Below are positions 52,213 through 63,397 of a stretch of 64,000 nt of DNA, piece by piece (the first letter of the stretch is position 1; each line of letters opens with the position of its first letter). The notes under the pieces were generated by a model. That model did not search any database, had not been told where the DNA came from, and was given only the letters and a program-made list of their open reading frames with translations. The stretch spans positions 12,915 to 76,914 of the forward strand of contig JBGAJQ010000018.1 in NCBI GenBank assembly GCA_044224875.1, in the 5' to 3' direction. Source of the DNA: Gemmatimonadaceae bacterium. GTDB lineage: Bacteria; Gemmatimonadota; Gemmatimonadetes; Gemmatimonadales; Gemmatimonadaceae. The position numbers and the translations under genes were made by a program.

Positions 52213-52216
52213 GGCG

Positions 52217-52936
52217 ATGTCCACCCCGACGGCCGCGTACAAACGAATCCTGTTGAAGGTCTCCGGTGAGGCGCTGGCCGGAGACAAGGGATTCGGGTTT
52301 GATTTCGAGCGTGTTGCGCAGTTTTGCGATGAAATCAAGAGGGTCGTCGAGAGCGGTGTCGGGGTTGGACTTGTCATCGGTGGCGGAAACATCGTGCGGG
52401 GTACACAACTCGCTACCATGGGAATGGACCGCGTCGCCGCCGATTACATGGGCATGCTGGGGACGGTCATCAACGCCCTGGCTTTGCAGGACGTGCTGGA
52501 AAAGCGGGGCTTGGATACGCGTGTGATGACCGCGATTCGGATGGAGGAGCTGGCGGAGCCGTACATCCGTCGTCGCGCCCTGCGACACCTCGAAAATGGG
52601 CGCATCGTGATCTTTGCCGCTGGAACCGGCAATCCGTACTTTTCGACCGACACCGCGGCGGCCCTGCGGGCGATCCAGATCAAGGCCGAGGTCATCATCA
52701 AGGCGACCAGCGTTGATGGCGTCTATTCCGCAGATCCGAAGAAGGATCCGAACGCCAAACGCTACGAGCAGATCAGCTATCGCGACGTAATGGTGGAAGA
52801 ACTCGGCGTCATGGACCAGACGGCCGTGACGCTCTGCAAGGAAAACAACCTGCCGCTCATCGTCCTCAACATCCACCGGTCGGGGGATGTGCTGAGTGCG
52901 GTACGCGGCGAACGCGTGGGGACGATCGTCTCATGA
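52217..52936 (+). CDS. pyrH: UMP kinase
   Basis: [32 protein letters not shown]. Confidence 0.97.
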   Translation: MSTPTAAYKRILLKVSGEALAGDKGFGFDFERVAQFCDEIKRVVESGVGVGLVIGGGNIVRGTQLATMGMDRVAADYMGMLGTVINALALQDVLEKRGLDTRVMTAIRMEELAEPYIRRRALRHLENGRIVIFAAGTGNPYFSTDTAAALRAIQIKAEVIIKATSVDGVYSADPKKDPNAKRYEQISYRDVMVEELGVMDQTAVTLCKENNLPLIVLNIHRSGDVLSAVRGERVGTIVS

Positions 52937-53487
52937 GCTCCATCCAGAACATCCTCAAGGATGCGCGGGCGCATATGGAGAAGGCGCTCGAAGGCACCAA
53001 ACACGAGTTTTCCTCGATTCGGTCGGGAAAGGCCTCGCCGAACATGCTGGACACCGTGCGGGTCGAGATGTACGGCACGCAGATGACGTTGAACCAGGTG
53101 GCGACAGTTTCGTCTCCGGAACCGCGGGTGCTCATTGTCACGCCGTTCGACAAGAGCCAGATCAAGATCATCGAGAAGGCGATTCGTGAGGCGGAGCTTG
53201 GGCTCGAGCCGTCGGCGCAGGGTGCCATCATCCGCGTGCCACTTCCCGCGATGAACGAGCAGCGCCGCAAGGAACTCGTGAAGGTCGTCCACAAGCTCGC
53301 CGAGGAAGGGCGCATTTCCGTTCGACACTGGCGCACCGAGGGGCGCGAGCGTTTGAAGAAGCTGGACGGTGTCAGTGAGGACGACGTCAAGCACGCCGAA
53401 AAGGACCTGCAGAAGGTTCATGACGACTTCATGGCCAAGATCGACCAGTCGCTCAAGGCCAAGGAAGCCGAGATCATGGAAGTGTGA
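52933..53487 (+). CDS. frr: Ribosome recycling factor
   Basis: [29 protein letters not shown]. Confidence 0.97.
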   Translation: MSSIQNILKDARAHMEKALEGTKHEFSSIRSGKASPNMLDTVRVEMYGTQMTLNQVATVSSPEPRVLIVTPFDKSQIKIIEKAIREAELGLEPSAQGAIIRVPLPAMNEQRRKELVKVVHKLAEEGRISVRHWRTEGRERLKKLDGVSEDDVKHAEKDLQKVHDDFMAKIDQSLKAKEAEIMEV

Positions 53488-54257
53488 CCCGGGTGCCTAA
53501 CGGGTCACCGGAACCACCCGCGCCTGAGCTGCTGGCGCGAATTCGGGCGCACGGCGTTGTTCCTCGTCACGTGGCCATCATCATGGATGGCAACGGTCGG
53601 TGGGCCCGCGAGCGTTTCATGCCGCGCTCCTTCGGACATCGAGCAGGGATGAAGGCGGTTCGCGAGGTCATCGAGGGCGCCATCGAGGTGGGGCTGGAGT
53701 ACCTCTCGCTGTTCGCCTTCTCCCGGGAGAACTGGGATCGCCCAGCGGATGAGGTGGGGGCGTTGATGTCCCTGCTCGAGGAGTATGTGCAGAGTGAGGC
53801 GGATGAACTGGATCGCGCCGGCGTCCAGGTGCGGGTGTTAGGCGACCTGACGCGCCTGACGCCAGCGGCGGCGAAGGCTGTCGCCGGCGTGACCACACGC
53901 ACCGCACGCAACGAACGCCTCATCCTGAACTTGTTCATTTCCTATGGTTCGCGCGACGAGATCGTGCACGCCGCCCGCGCGGTGGCCCGCGAGGTGGCGT
54001 TAGGCACGCTCCGCCCCGAGGCGATCGACGCGGAGCGCCTGCAGTCGCACTTCTACACCGCCGACTGCCCGGATCCGGACCTGCTGATTCGCACGTCTGG
54101 CGAATTTCGGATTTCGAACTTCCTCCTCTGGCAGGTTGCCTACGCGGAGCTGTTCATCACGCCGGTGCTTTGGCCGGACTTCACCCGCCGCCACCTGTAT
54201 CAGGCCATCGTCGACTTTACGTCGCGCGATCGGCGCTTCGGCCGTGTCGGTGCCTAG
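53484..54257 (+). CDS. uppS: Undecaprenyl diphosphate synthase
   Basis: HVAIIMDGNGRWA, FSRENW, IRTSGEFRISNFLLWQ. Confidence 0.96.
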   Translation: MTRVPNGSPEPPAPELLARIRAHGVVPRHVAIIMDGNGRWARERFMPRSFGHRAGMKAVREVIEGAIEVGLEYLSLFAFSRENWDRPADEVGALMSLLEEYVQSEADELDRAGVQVRVLGDLTRLTPAAAKAVAGVTTRTARNERLILNLFISYGSRDEIVHAARAVAREVALGTLRPEAIDAERLQSHFYTADCPDPDLLIRTSGEFRISNFLLWQVAYAELFITPVLWPDFTRRHLYQAIVDFTSRDRRFGRVGA

Positions 54258-54277
54258 GGTCACGTGCCGGTAAGCGT

Positions 54278-55135
54278 GTGACCAATCTTGCCCAACGAGT
54301 CCTCCTGCGATCGTAGCCATCCCGATCGCCGGCGCGGCCATCCTACCTGGGGCGGATGGCCATTCACGTTGCTGCTGGCGGTACTGTCCGGCGTCGGCGC
54401 ATGGGAACTGTATCGGATTGCGCGGAGCGCCGGCGTCGACGCCTTCGACGGGATCGGCATTGCCATCGCCGCGTCCATTCCGCTTGCCGTGCACGCGACG
54501 CGCGCCTCCTGGCTCGACCGGCCACTGGCCATGGTCAGCGTCGTCTTCGTCGCCTTGATCGGCGTCGTGCTCTTTGGCCGTGGACCGGGGAGCATCCCCT
54601 GGAGGCAGTTTCGGTGACACTGTTCGGTGCGCTGTACGCCGGCGGCCCTCTGTCCTGCGCGTACATGCTGCGACACCACCCGTGGGTGGTGGGCGACGTG
54701 GCGGGGACCGTGCTGCTCGGTTTTCCGATCCTCATCACGTGGGCCACCGATATTGGCGCATACACCTTTGGACGCCTCTTCGGCCGCGCGAAGCTGATGC
54801 CAGTGGTAAGTCCGGGAAAGACCCGCGCCGGCGCCTATGGTGGACTTGCGTTAGGCGTCCTGCTCGCGGTCGCCTACAACCGTCTGGTGCTGCAGCCGCA
54901 GGCACATGTCGCCCTCACGTGGCCAGTGGCCGTCATCTTCGGCGTGATCTCCGCCGGGGCGGTACAGGTCGGCGACCTCGCCGAGTCCTTGTTCAAGCGC
55001 CAAGGCGGAGTCAAGGACAGCTCCAACTTCTTCCCCGGGCACGGCGGCGTCCTTGATCGGTTGGACAGCCTGTACTTCTCGCTGCCCGTGGCGTACCTCA
55101 TCCTCGGCCGCCTGCTACTGCCGGTGCCGACATGA
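54278..55135 (+). CDS. cdsA: Phosphatidate cytidylyltransferase (several frameshifts in the 5' half)
   Basis: WATDIGAY, VSPGKT, GDLAESLFKR..VKDSS..PGHGGVLDRLDS; N-terminal TM segments split across frames. Confidence 0.88.
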
Positions 55136-56255
55136 CGGTGGGTGTCGCGATCCTTGGGTCGACCGGCTCGATCGGCCAAAGCGCCATCCGAGTGCTTCAA
55201 CGACACAGGAATCGATTCCGCGTCGTTGCCCTCACGGCGCATGCGAATGCGGATCGACTCGCCGAACAAGTCGCCCTCACTGGAGCGACCTTCGTTGGAT
55301 TGTCCTCGGACCTTGTGCAGGGTCCAACCTCGTGGCGCGTTGGGCCGCACTGCATGTCCGAGGCGGCGACGCTCGACGAGGTCGACATCGTCCTGAATGC
55401 GGTGGTGGAGCTGCGGGGGCTGGACGCCACGCTCGCCGCGTTGCGCGCTGGCAAGCGGGTTGCGCTGGCCAACAAGGAGTCACTCGTCGTCGGAGGAGAG
55501 TTGGTGTTGCAGGCAGCGCGTGACGGGGGCCGAGAGATCGTTCCAGTGGATAGCGAACACTCGGCGATCTTCCAGTGTCTTCGCGGCCGCCGGGCAACAG
55601 ACGTGTCACGTTTGGTGCTGACGGCATCTGGCGGCCCACTGCGACATTGGACGCCAGCACAGCTGGAAGCCGCGACTACCGAAACGATGCGTTGCGGCAC
55701 CCATCTTATGCCGGATGGGGAAGGAAGATCACCGTTGACAGCGCCACCCTCGCCAACAAGGCCCTGGAGGTGATCGAGGCGCACTACCTGTTTGGGGTGT
55801 CTTACGATGCAATCGACGTAGTCGTCCATCCCCAGAGCCTGGTGCACTCAATGGTTGAATTCGTGGACGGAAGCGTTTTGGCCCAAGTGGGTGTACCCAC
55901 GATGGAATTGCCAATTCTGTACGCGTTGACCTATCCTGAACGGTTAGCGGACTCTGGCGTGACGCGATTCAACCCAGTGGCCGCCTCGCCCCTGACGTTT
56001 GAGCCGGTGCGTGACGAAGATTTCCCTGCGTTAGGTTTGGGAGTGAAAGCCGGGCGACTTGGTGGAGCTGCTCCCGCGGTGTTCAATGCCGCGAACGAGC
56101 GCGCCGTCGAGTTGTTTGTTGAGGGTCAGATTCGCTTTGTTGACATTGCGCCTGCCATCGCGTCCAGCCTCGAGCGGTTGGGATCGCGCCCAGGCGGAGC
56201 TCAGGGAAGAGTTGATGGCTGCGATCGGGCGCACGTGACAGGACGTTCTCCATGC
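55132..56255 (+). CDS. dxr: 1-deoxy-D-xylulose 5-phosphate reductoisomerase (frameshifted near 55700; 3' end approximate)
   Basis: ILGSTGSIG, LANKESLV, PVDSEHSAIFQ, LTASGGP; KITVDSATLANKALEVIEA in the next frame. Confidence 0.9.
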
Positions 56256-57376
56256 TGGGATTGCTCGCACCAATCCTGATTTTGGAAACCGGCAACCAAC
56301 GGCCACGAGGCCGGCCACTTCATGGCGGCCAAGCTGGTGGGTGTTTACGCGCCACGTTTCTCCATGTTCAGCAGGCGATCTGGCCTCATCGAACGGGTGA
56401 GCAGGCCTGGAAATTGGTGGTTGGTGCCCTCGGTGCGGCAGCAGGCTCGCGAATGGCGTCGCGCGAAGACGAAACGATGGCGATGATCGAGGGGGCGGTG
56501 AGCCAACGGAGCGCCCCGGCCGACGCGCGCTGGGACCCCGGTGTGCCGTTTCCAGGCCCAAGCCGGTCCCGCCGCATCGCTGGTTCGAGTCCAAACCGCT
56601 GCCTGCCCGGCTCCTGATCATGATCGCCGGTGTCACGATGTGGTCTGGCCTGGCCATCAACATCCAGCCCGGCGGACGCCGCGATCGGTACAGCCGTGCC
56701 GGCGATCGACTCCGTTGTAGCTGGCCGATCCTGGCAGCGATGGGAGGCTCGACGAGGGGACAGCATTCTCGCCATCAACGGCGTGGCAACGCCGGCGCGG
56801 GTCGGATGTGCAGGACGTCATCGCTCGTCGGATGGCCAAGCGCTGAGTTCAGGTGCGTCGGGAAGCGAGACGGAATTTGCCCGTGACCTGGTCCAAGTGT
56901 GACACGGCTGACGGCGGCGTTGGTCGCGCGGTCTGGCAGATTGGCGTTCTGCCCCGGGCCGTGGAAGAACCGCGCACGGTGGCTTCCACCCTTGGCGATG
57001 GATGGCGCCTCACCTGGCGGATGGGTGGGGCCGTCGTCGGCGTCGTACGAGGGTTGCTGACCGGGAAGGTGTCGTGGCGCAACTTGGCGGACCCATTGCC
57101 ATTGCCAAGTCCTCGGTTCAGGCCGCCCAGAACGGCGCCGTGGTCTTGTTTGAGCTGATCGCCTTCCTGAGCATAAACGTCGCGGTGTTGAACATGCTGC
57201 CTATCCCGATCCTGGACGGGGGGCAGATCCTGCTCAACATCGTCGAATCCGTGAAGGGGCGTGCCTTCAGCGCCCGCACCCGGGAGTACATCCTGCGTGC
57301 CGGCCTGCTGGCGATCGCACTCCTCTTTGCGCTCGTCATGTTCAACGACCTTGGTCTTCGCAAGCTCTTCGGATGA
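56252..57376 (+). CDS. rseP: RIP metalloprotease RseP (heavily frameshifted)
   Basis: HEAGH near 56305, PDZ-like fragments, C-terminal GGPIAI...NMLPIPILDGG; dxr-rseP synteny. Confidence 0.82.
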
Positions 57377-57766
57377 ACGTTAGGCACCTGGCACTCGTTA
57401 CGATGGCGATGCTTGCCGCGCCGGTCGCGGCACATGCACAGTATCGCGGTGTGCGTTTCGAGATCACGAGAGTTGGCGACTCCACGTTTGCTTTCCCCAT
57501 AGGGGGCCGGAGAAGTGGATCCGGCCTGGCCAGACTGGGATCGCGGTGGATCCCAAGCGCCGCGATGCCCTCGGCGGCGCTTTACCGTGGCGCGCATCGA
57601 GGGCGGTGAGGCCAACGCGCTGGTGGTAGGTCAAACCACGAACGTACGCACGGACCACGTCGCGATCCTCGAGGAACCGAGGAGGGCGTGGTACAAGCAG
57701 CGATCGTTCTGGGTGGGGCTGTTGGCCGGGTCGGCGATTGGCGCCGGCGTCGGCTTCGCTCGTTAG
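57373..57766 (+). CDS. Small hypothetical exported/membrane-anchored protein (frameshifted)
   Basis: Signal peptide (MLAAPVAAHAQ) in one frame; C-terminal W..QRSFWVGLLAG TM anchor in another. Confidence 0.55.
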
Positions 57767-59391
57767 GGCGACTCGCAGATCATCCGGAACGGGATGCGCA
57801 TCGCTTCGCCAGCGCTGAGCGAGAACTCCTGTTCGTAGGCGGCGCAGCGTGGCTTGAGGGCCGTGAATTTGTACGGGCCTACCGGGAGCACGATGGCCCG
57901 GTTCAAGGGCAGCGTCCCCTCGTGTCGTATCGCCCCGTCGGCCGACACCACGGTGTAGTTTGCGCCCGCCGGCTGGCCTTCGATGGTAATGGAAGCGCAG
58001 GGACGCGGTGTCAGCGGCACTTCGCGCAGCGCTCCCGCCCGCAGCCGAACGGTCTGTTCCACACGCGCCGTTTCGCACCCTTCGATGGCATCCACGGTCG
58101 CCACCACTACCACGTCGCCGGGTTTCATGCTGTCGGCCCGCCACCGTCCCTCGCCAACGGCAATCCCATTCACCGTGATGTGTGCCTCCGCGGGTCCCGT
58201 AACCGACAGCCGCGCCAGCGTCGCGAGCGCCTTGGGGATTGAGTCCCGTTTTGGCGGCACCACCGCCGTCTTGGAGCTCTCTGGCGTGATCGCCGGCATC
58301 GTGTCCGGTGCAAGCGTGGTATCGGATGGGACCATGACGACGACGCCGGTGTCGCGACCGATAGGCGGAGGCGTAAGTCGCCCCTCACGCCAACGCCCAA
58401 GTACCGGCACGGCGGCGGCACCTAACGCGGCGACCGCCAAGACGCTGATCGCGAGGACTCGTGTCGGCACCTTGGTCGAACGAACGGCGTCCACGGGCGA
58501 GATGATCGTGTCCGCGTGTGACGGGGACACGGCCAGCGTGCGGGAGCGCACGTTGCCCGAGCGGCGTTGGTCCAGGATCGCCGTCAATTCGTCTGCCAAC
58601 TCCTCGCCCGTGAGTGGCCGGTCGTCTGGATGCTTCGCCATGCAGCGCAGGAGGAGGCGCTCAAAATCCGGAGAAATGGCGGGATTGAACTTGCGTGGCG
58701 CGGGCGGCGGCTCTTCCACATGCTGACGAGCGATCTCGTACCAATCATCACCCTCGAACGGCAAGCGGCCGGTGATGGCCCGGTAGAGCGTCACACCTAA
58801 CGAATAGATATCGGCACGTCCGTCCAGTGGCTTGGCGCGTGCTTGTTCCGGCGCAAAGTACTGCGGCGTCCCGACCACCATGTTCGTACCGGTCTGCTGC
58901 GTATAGCCAGAGACCGCTCGCGCAATGCCAAAGTCCGCGACCACGGCGTTGCCGTGGATGTCGAACATGATGTTGTCGATCTTGATGTCGCGGTGGATAA
59001 CGCCCTCGCGGTGCGCGAATCCGAGGGCCCGCGCGACATCGACGCCCACACGCAGCACAAATTCCTCGGGGAGCGTAGTGGTGCTCTCCAGCTTGTCGGC
59101 GAGTCCGGACGCCAGAAAGTCCATGACGAAATAGACGGCGTCTCCGTCCCGGCCGACCGCGTAGATCTTGATGATGTTTGGATGCCGAAGCTTGGCGGCG
59201 GTCGAGGCCTCGCGTCGGAATCGCTCCTCGAACGCAGGGTCGCCGCCGAATTGGGGCTTCAGGACCTTGATCGCGACCGGGATCTCCAGCTCGGGGTCGT
59301 ATCCGCGGTACACCCACGCGAACCCCCCCGTGCCGATAAGCTCCTCGACGCGGTACTTACCCAACGTTCGGCCGAGGAATCGTTCAGGCAC
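57763..59391 (-). CDS. Hanks-type Ser/Thr protein kinase with TM helix and extracytoplasmic beta (PEGA-like) domains
   Basis: GTGGFAWVY, VAIKVL, HRDIK, DFGIAR, GTPQYFAPEQ, DIYSLG. Confidence 0.92.
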   Translation of the reverse strand: MPERFLGRTLGKYRVEELIGTGGFAWVYRGYDPELEIPVAIKVLKPQFGGDPAFEERFRREASTAAKLRHPNIIKIYAVGRDGDAVYFVMDFLASGLADKLESTTTLPEEFVLRVGVDVARALGFAHREGVIHRDIKIDNIMFDIHGNAVVADFGIARAVSGYTQQTGTNMVVGTPQYFAPEQARAKPLDGRADIYSLGVTLYRAITGRLPFEGDDWYEIARQHVEEPPPAPRKFNPAISPDFERLLLRCMAKHPDDRPLTGEELADELTAILDQRRSGNVRSRTLAVSPSHADTIISPVDAVRSTKVPTRVLAISVLAVAALGAAAVPVLGRWREGRLTPPPIGRDTGVVVMVPSDTTLAPDTMPAITPESSKTAVVPPKRDSIPKALATLARLSVTGPAEAHITVNGIAVGEGRWRADSMKPGDVVVVATVDAIEGCETARVEQTVRLRAGALREVPLTPRPCASITIEGQPAGANYTVVSADGAIRHEGTLPLNRAIVLPVGPYKFTALKPRCAAYEQEFSLSAGEAMRIPFRMICESP

Positions 59392-59402
59392 TCCACGACG
59401 CC

Positions 59403-59431
59403 TTTACAGGGGGGTGAGAGACCAGTAAATT
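59403..59431 (+). promoter_or_regulatory. Sigma70 promoter of rpsO
   Basis: TTTACA-17 bp-TAAATT. Confidence 0.6.
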
Positions 59432-59489
59432 GCTGTGTTCCAAAGGACTTAGCTGACGAGCGCAGCGGGATGCGCGGGGAATATACACA

Positions 59490-59750
59490 ATGGCTTTTGA
59501 AAAAGCAGCGACGATTGAGAAGTACAAGGCGCACGAGACCGACAGCGGTTCCACTCGTGTGCAGATCGCGCTCCTGACGGAGCGGATCAAATATCTCACC
59601 ACGCACTTCAGTGGTCACTCCAAGGACCACCATAGCCGGCGCGGCCTATTGAAGATGGTAGGCAAGCGAAAGCGCCTGCTGGAATACCTCAAGCGCACGG
59701 ACGTTGAGAGCTACCGCCAGATCATCGGCGATCTTGGCCTCCGTCACTAA
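59490..59750 (+). CDS. rpsO: 30S ribosomal protein S15
   Basis: [29 protein letters not shown]. Confidence 0.98.
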   Translation: MAFEKAATIEKYKAHETDSGSTRVQIALLTERIKYLTTHFSGHSKDHHSRRGLLKMVGKRKRLLEYLKRTDVESYRQIIGDLGLRH

Positions 59751-59771
59751 ATCCATCTGGTTCTCTGCAAT

Positions 59772-59806
59772 CGCGCGGGCGCACCGAACGGGCCCGCGCG
59801 TTTTGT
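59772..59806 (+). terminator. Intrinsic terminator between rpsO and pnp
   Basis: CGCGCGGGC/GCCCGCGCG stem followed by TTTTGT. Confidence 0.75.
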
Positions 59807-59883
59807 GTTGTATCCTGCAGTTCTAAACCGCTCCGGGGGCACAGGGTGCTGCACCCGCTCGCAGCGAACGAGGTTCGCACGCA

Positions 59884-62121
59884 ATGACGCATCGTATTGA
59901 AAAGACGTTCGCCGGACGCCGCCTGATCCTCGAGACAGGTCGCATGGCGAAGCAGGCGGCCGGGTCCGCCGTCGTCCAGTTTGGCGACACCATGGTGCTT
60001 GCCGCCGTCACCCTCAGCGAAAAGAAGAGCGCACTCGACTTCTTCCCGCTCACCGTCGAATACCGCGAGAAGACTTACGCGGCGGGCAAGATCCCAGGCG
60101 GCTTCATCAAACGTGAAGGACGTCCACACGACCACGAAATTCTCGCCGCGCGAATCATCGATAGATCGATTCGCCCGCTCTTCCCGGAAGGCTTCAAGAA
60201 CGAGGTCCAGGTCTTCGTCAACGTCATCTCCGCTGATCAGGAGAACGATGCGGACGTCCTCGGGCTCGTCGCGGTCTCCCTCGCGCTGTCCGTGTCCAAG
60301 ATTCCCTTCTCGGGTCCAATCGCCGGGATTCGCGTCGGGCGCGTTGCGGAGAAATGGGTGCTCAACCCCACCTTCCAGCAGCTGCAATATTCGGATATGG
60401 AGATCGTCGTCGCCGGGTCGCGCGACTCGATCGTGATGGTGGAAGGGGGATCCCTCGAGGTCTCCGAAGCCGACATGCTCGAGGCCCTGACCGTGGGACA
60501 CACGGGGATCAAGGAACTGATCGGCATTCAGCAGGAAGTCATGGCTGCCGTCGGACCGGTCGCAAAGCTGCAGTGGACCAAGACCGCCGTGCCGGAGGAC
60601 ATCCAGGCCACCGTGGTCGCCGAAGCCGAGTCGAAGATCGTGGCGGCGATCAACCAGAAGGACAAGCACACGCGCATCCAGGCGGTCGAGCAGGTCAAAC
60701 AGGCGGTGGCCGAGAAGTTCGCCGCCGAGCGTCCCGAGGCAGGGCCATTCGTTGGCGGCATCCTCGGCGATCTCGAGTACAATGCCTTGCGCGCTCAGGT
60801 CCTCACGACCGGGAAGCGCGTGGACGGCCGACTGCCCACCGAAGTCCGCCAGATCACGATCGAAACCGGTGTACTGCCTCGCGCACACGGATCCGCGTTG
60901 TTCACGCGTGGCCAGACGCAGGCGCTGGTCGCCTGTACGTTAGGCACCGCCGAGGACGTCCAGCGTCTGGACACGATCGATTCGGCAACCGAGACGACGA
61001 AGTCGTTCATGTTGCACTACAACTTCCCGTCGTTCTCCACCGGTGAGGTGCGGCCCATCCGGTCCACGAGCCGGCGCGAGATCGGGCATGGCAACCTGGC
61101 GGAGCGTGCCCTGCAAGGTGTGTTGCCGCCGTTCGAGGAATTCCCGTACACACTGCGCATCGTGTCGGACATCCTCGAGTCCAACGGCTCTTCTTCGATG
61201 GCGTCGGTCTGCGGCGGTTCGCTTGCGCTGTTCGATGCCGGGGTACCGACGCGCGCGGCAGTCGCCGGTGTGGCCATGGGATTGATCAAGGAAGGAGAGA
61301 AGTACGCAATTCTCACCGACATTCTTGGCACCGAAGACCATCTAGGCGATATGGACTTCAAGGTGGCCGGAACCGAGACCGGGATCACGTCCATCCAGAT
61401 GGACATCAAGATCGAGGGGCTCGACCTCAAGATCATGAAGGAGGCGCTGGCCCAGGCCCGCGAAGGACGGCTGCACATTCTTGGCGAGATGCAGAAGGCC
61501 CTGCCTGCCCACCGTGCTGACCTGTCTCCGTACGCCCCGCGCATCGTGACCATCAACATCAACCCCGAGAAGATCGGTGACCTCATTGGTCCGAAGGGGA
61601 AGACGATTCGCGGCATCCAGGACGAAACTGGCGCCGAAATCACCGTGGACGATTCGGGCCTGGTGACGATTGCAGCTGTCGGCGGCGATTCCATGGAACG
61701 TGCGCGACAGATGGTGCAGGCGATCACCGCCGAGCCCGTGGTGGGCGAGACCTACGAAGGCACCGTCAAGAGCACGACCGCGTTCGGTGCCTTTATCGAG
61801 ATCATCCCCGGCACCGAGGGGCTACTACACATCTCCGAGATGCAGCACGCGCGTACGGAGCGGACCGAGGACGTAGTCAAGAAGGGCGATCGGGTGAAGG
61901 TGAAGCTGATCGATCGTGACGAGCGCGGGCGGTTGCGCCTGTCGATGAAAGCCCTGGTGCCGAAGCCGGAGGGCATGGTGGACGAGCCGGCGCCCGAGGG
62001 TGGAGAATCGCCCGCGGGCGAAGGTGGAGAGTCGGGCCAGCGCTCCGAACGTCGTGGCGACCGCGGCGGACGCGGGGGCCGCGGTGGGCGAGGCGGAGGG
62101 CGCCGCGGCGGCGAGCGGTAG
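59884..62121 (+). CDS. pnp: Polyribonucleotide nucleotidyltransferase
   Basis: FFPLTVEY, RAHGSALFTRGQTQ, ESNGSSSMAS, DHLGDMDFKVAG, KH and S1 domains. Confidence 0.98.
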   Translation: MTHRIEKTFAGRRLILETGRMAKQAAGSAVVQFGDTMVLAAVTLSEKKSALDFFPLTVEYREKTYAAGKIPGGFIKREGRPHDHEILAARIIDRSIRPLFPEGFKNEVQVFVNVISADQENDADVLGLVAVSLALSVSKIPFSGPIAGIRVGRVAEKWVLNPTFQQLQYSDMEIVVAGSRDSIVMVEGGSLEVSEADMLEALTVGHTGIKELIGIQQEVMAAVGPVAKLQWTKTAVPEDIQATVVAEAESKIVAAINQKDKHTRIQAVEQVKQAVAEKFAAERPEAGPFVGGILGDLEYNALRAQVLTTGKRVDGRLPTEVRQITIETGVLPRAHGSALFTRGQTQALVACTLGTAEDVQRLDTIDSATETTKSFMLHYNFPSFSTGEVRPIRSTSRREIGHGNLAERALQGVLPPFEEFPYTLRIVSDILESNGSSSMASVCGGSLALFDAGVPTRAAVAGVAMGLIKEGEKYAILTDILGTEDHLGDMDFKVAGTETGITSIQMDIKIEGLDLKIMKEALAQAREGRLHILGEMQKALPAHRADLSPYAPRIVTININPEKIGDLIGPKGKTIRGIQDETGAEITVDDSGLVTIAAVGGDSMERARQMVQAITAEPVVGETYEGTVKSTTAFGAFIEIIPGTEGLLHISEMQHARTERTEDVVKKGDRVKVKLIDRDERGRLRLSMKALVPKPEGMVDEPAPEGGESPAGEGGESGQRSERRGDRGGRGGRGGRGGGRRGGER

Positions 62122-62125
62122 ACTC

Positions 62126-63397
62126 GTGGAGGTTGTCGGCCCGGTGGGCACCGATGCCTACCAACGCACAGAACTCCCGAACGGACTCACCGTCATTTCC
62201 GAGTTCGTTCCGGGAGTTCGTTCGGTAGCGTTAGGTGCGTGGGTCAGGTCCGCGTCGATCCACGAAGATGCCCAGCGGATGGGTGTATCGCACCTGCTGG
62301 AGCACATGGTGTTCAAGGGAACGGAGCGACGCACGGCCCACCAGATCGCTCTCGCCTTGGAAACGCTCGGCGGTTCGCTGGACGCCTTTACCGCCCGAGA
62401 ACACACGTCCTTTCAGGCCAGGGTGCTGGACGAACACCTCGAACAGGCGGCGGACGTGGTCGGCGACCTCCTGTTTGCGCCGGCCCTGCGGGACGGCGAT
62501 CTCCGGCTCGAGCGGCGCGTCGTCCTCGAGGAAATTTCGATGGTCGAGGATACCCCGGACGACCTGGTGTTCGAGCTGCATAACGCCGTCATGTGGGGCG
62601 CGCACCCCTACGGATATTCCATCCTTGGCACTCGGGAGACGGTCGCCGAGATGCCGGTGGAGGTGTTACGCGCGACGCACGCGGCAGGTTATCAGCCACA
62701 GCACATCGTGGTGGCGTGTGCGGGGCGCCTGGAACATGCCCGATTGCTCGAGGTGCTCGACCGGACGGGGTGGACAAAGCAACCCCGGGGCAGTTCGCAA
62801 TTGGCCTCTCCAGCCGCGCCCGTGGCACTTCCGCCGGGAATAACGCACGTTGAGCGTGAGGGGGCCCAGACGCACCTCGTCCTCGGAACCCCGACGGTGC
62901 GGTATGGCGATCCCCATCGCTATGCGGTGACGCTCATGAACATGTTGCTCGGCGGCGGCATGTCATCGCGGCTGTTCCAGCGCATCCGTGAGGAACTGGG
63001 GCTGGCGTATTCCGTCTACGCGTTCCAGAGTTTTCACGCCGATGCGGGCATTGCCGGGACGTACGTGGGGACGTCGCCAGAGACGGCGCTCAAGGCGCTC
63101 GATGCCGTGCGTCGCGAATTGGGACTTCTGGCGAACGCGGGGTTCAGTGCCGCCGAAGTCGAGATGGGGAAGGAGCAGCTCAAAGGGCAGGTGATGCTGT
63201 CGCTGGAAGGTGCCTCATCGCGCATGTATCGGTTGGCGGCCGAAGAACTCTACGGGCAGCCGCACCGTACGCTCGATGATGCACTGGCAGAGATCGATCG
63301 CATCACCCACGATGTGGTGGTGCAGTTGTGCGCGACATTCCTGGCGCCGGACCGCCAGACGATACTGAGTCTGGGACCTGGCAGCTCGTTGACCTGA
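62126..63397 (+). CDS. M16 family (pitrilysin-like) zinc peptidase
   Basis: HLLEHMVFKGT (HxxEH), GGGMSSRLFQRIREELGLAYSV. Confidence 0.92.
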   Translation: MEVVGPVGTDAYQRTELPNGLTVISEFVPGVRSVALGAWVRSASIHEDAQRMGVSHLLEHMVFKGTERRTAHQIALALETLGGSLDAFTAREHTSFQARVLDEHLEQAADVVGDLLFAPALRDGDLRLERRVVLEEISMVEDTPDDLVFELHNAVMWGAHPYGYSILGTRETVAEMPVEVLRATHAAGYQPQHIVVACAGRLEHARLLEVLDRTGWTKQPRGSSQLASPAAPVALPPGITHVEREGAQTHLVLGTPTVRYGDPHRYAVTLMNMLLGGGMSSRLFQRIREELGLAYSVYAFQSFHADAGIAGTYVGTSPETALKALDAVRRELGLLANAGFSAAEVEMGKEQLKGQVMLSLEGASSRMYRLAAEELYGQPHRTLDDALAEIDRITHDVVVQLCATFLAPDRQTILSLGPGSSLT

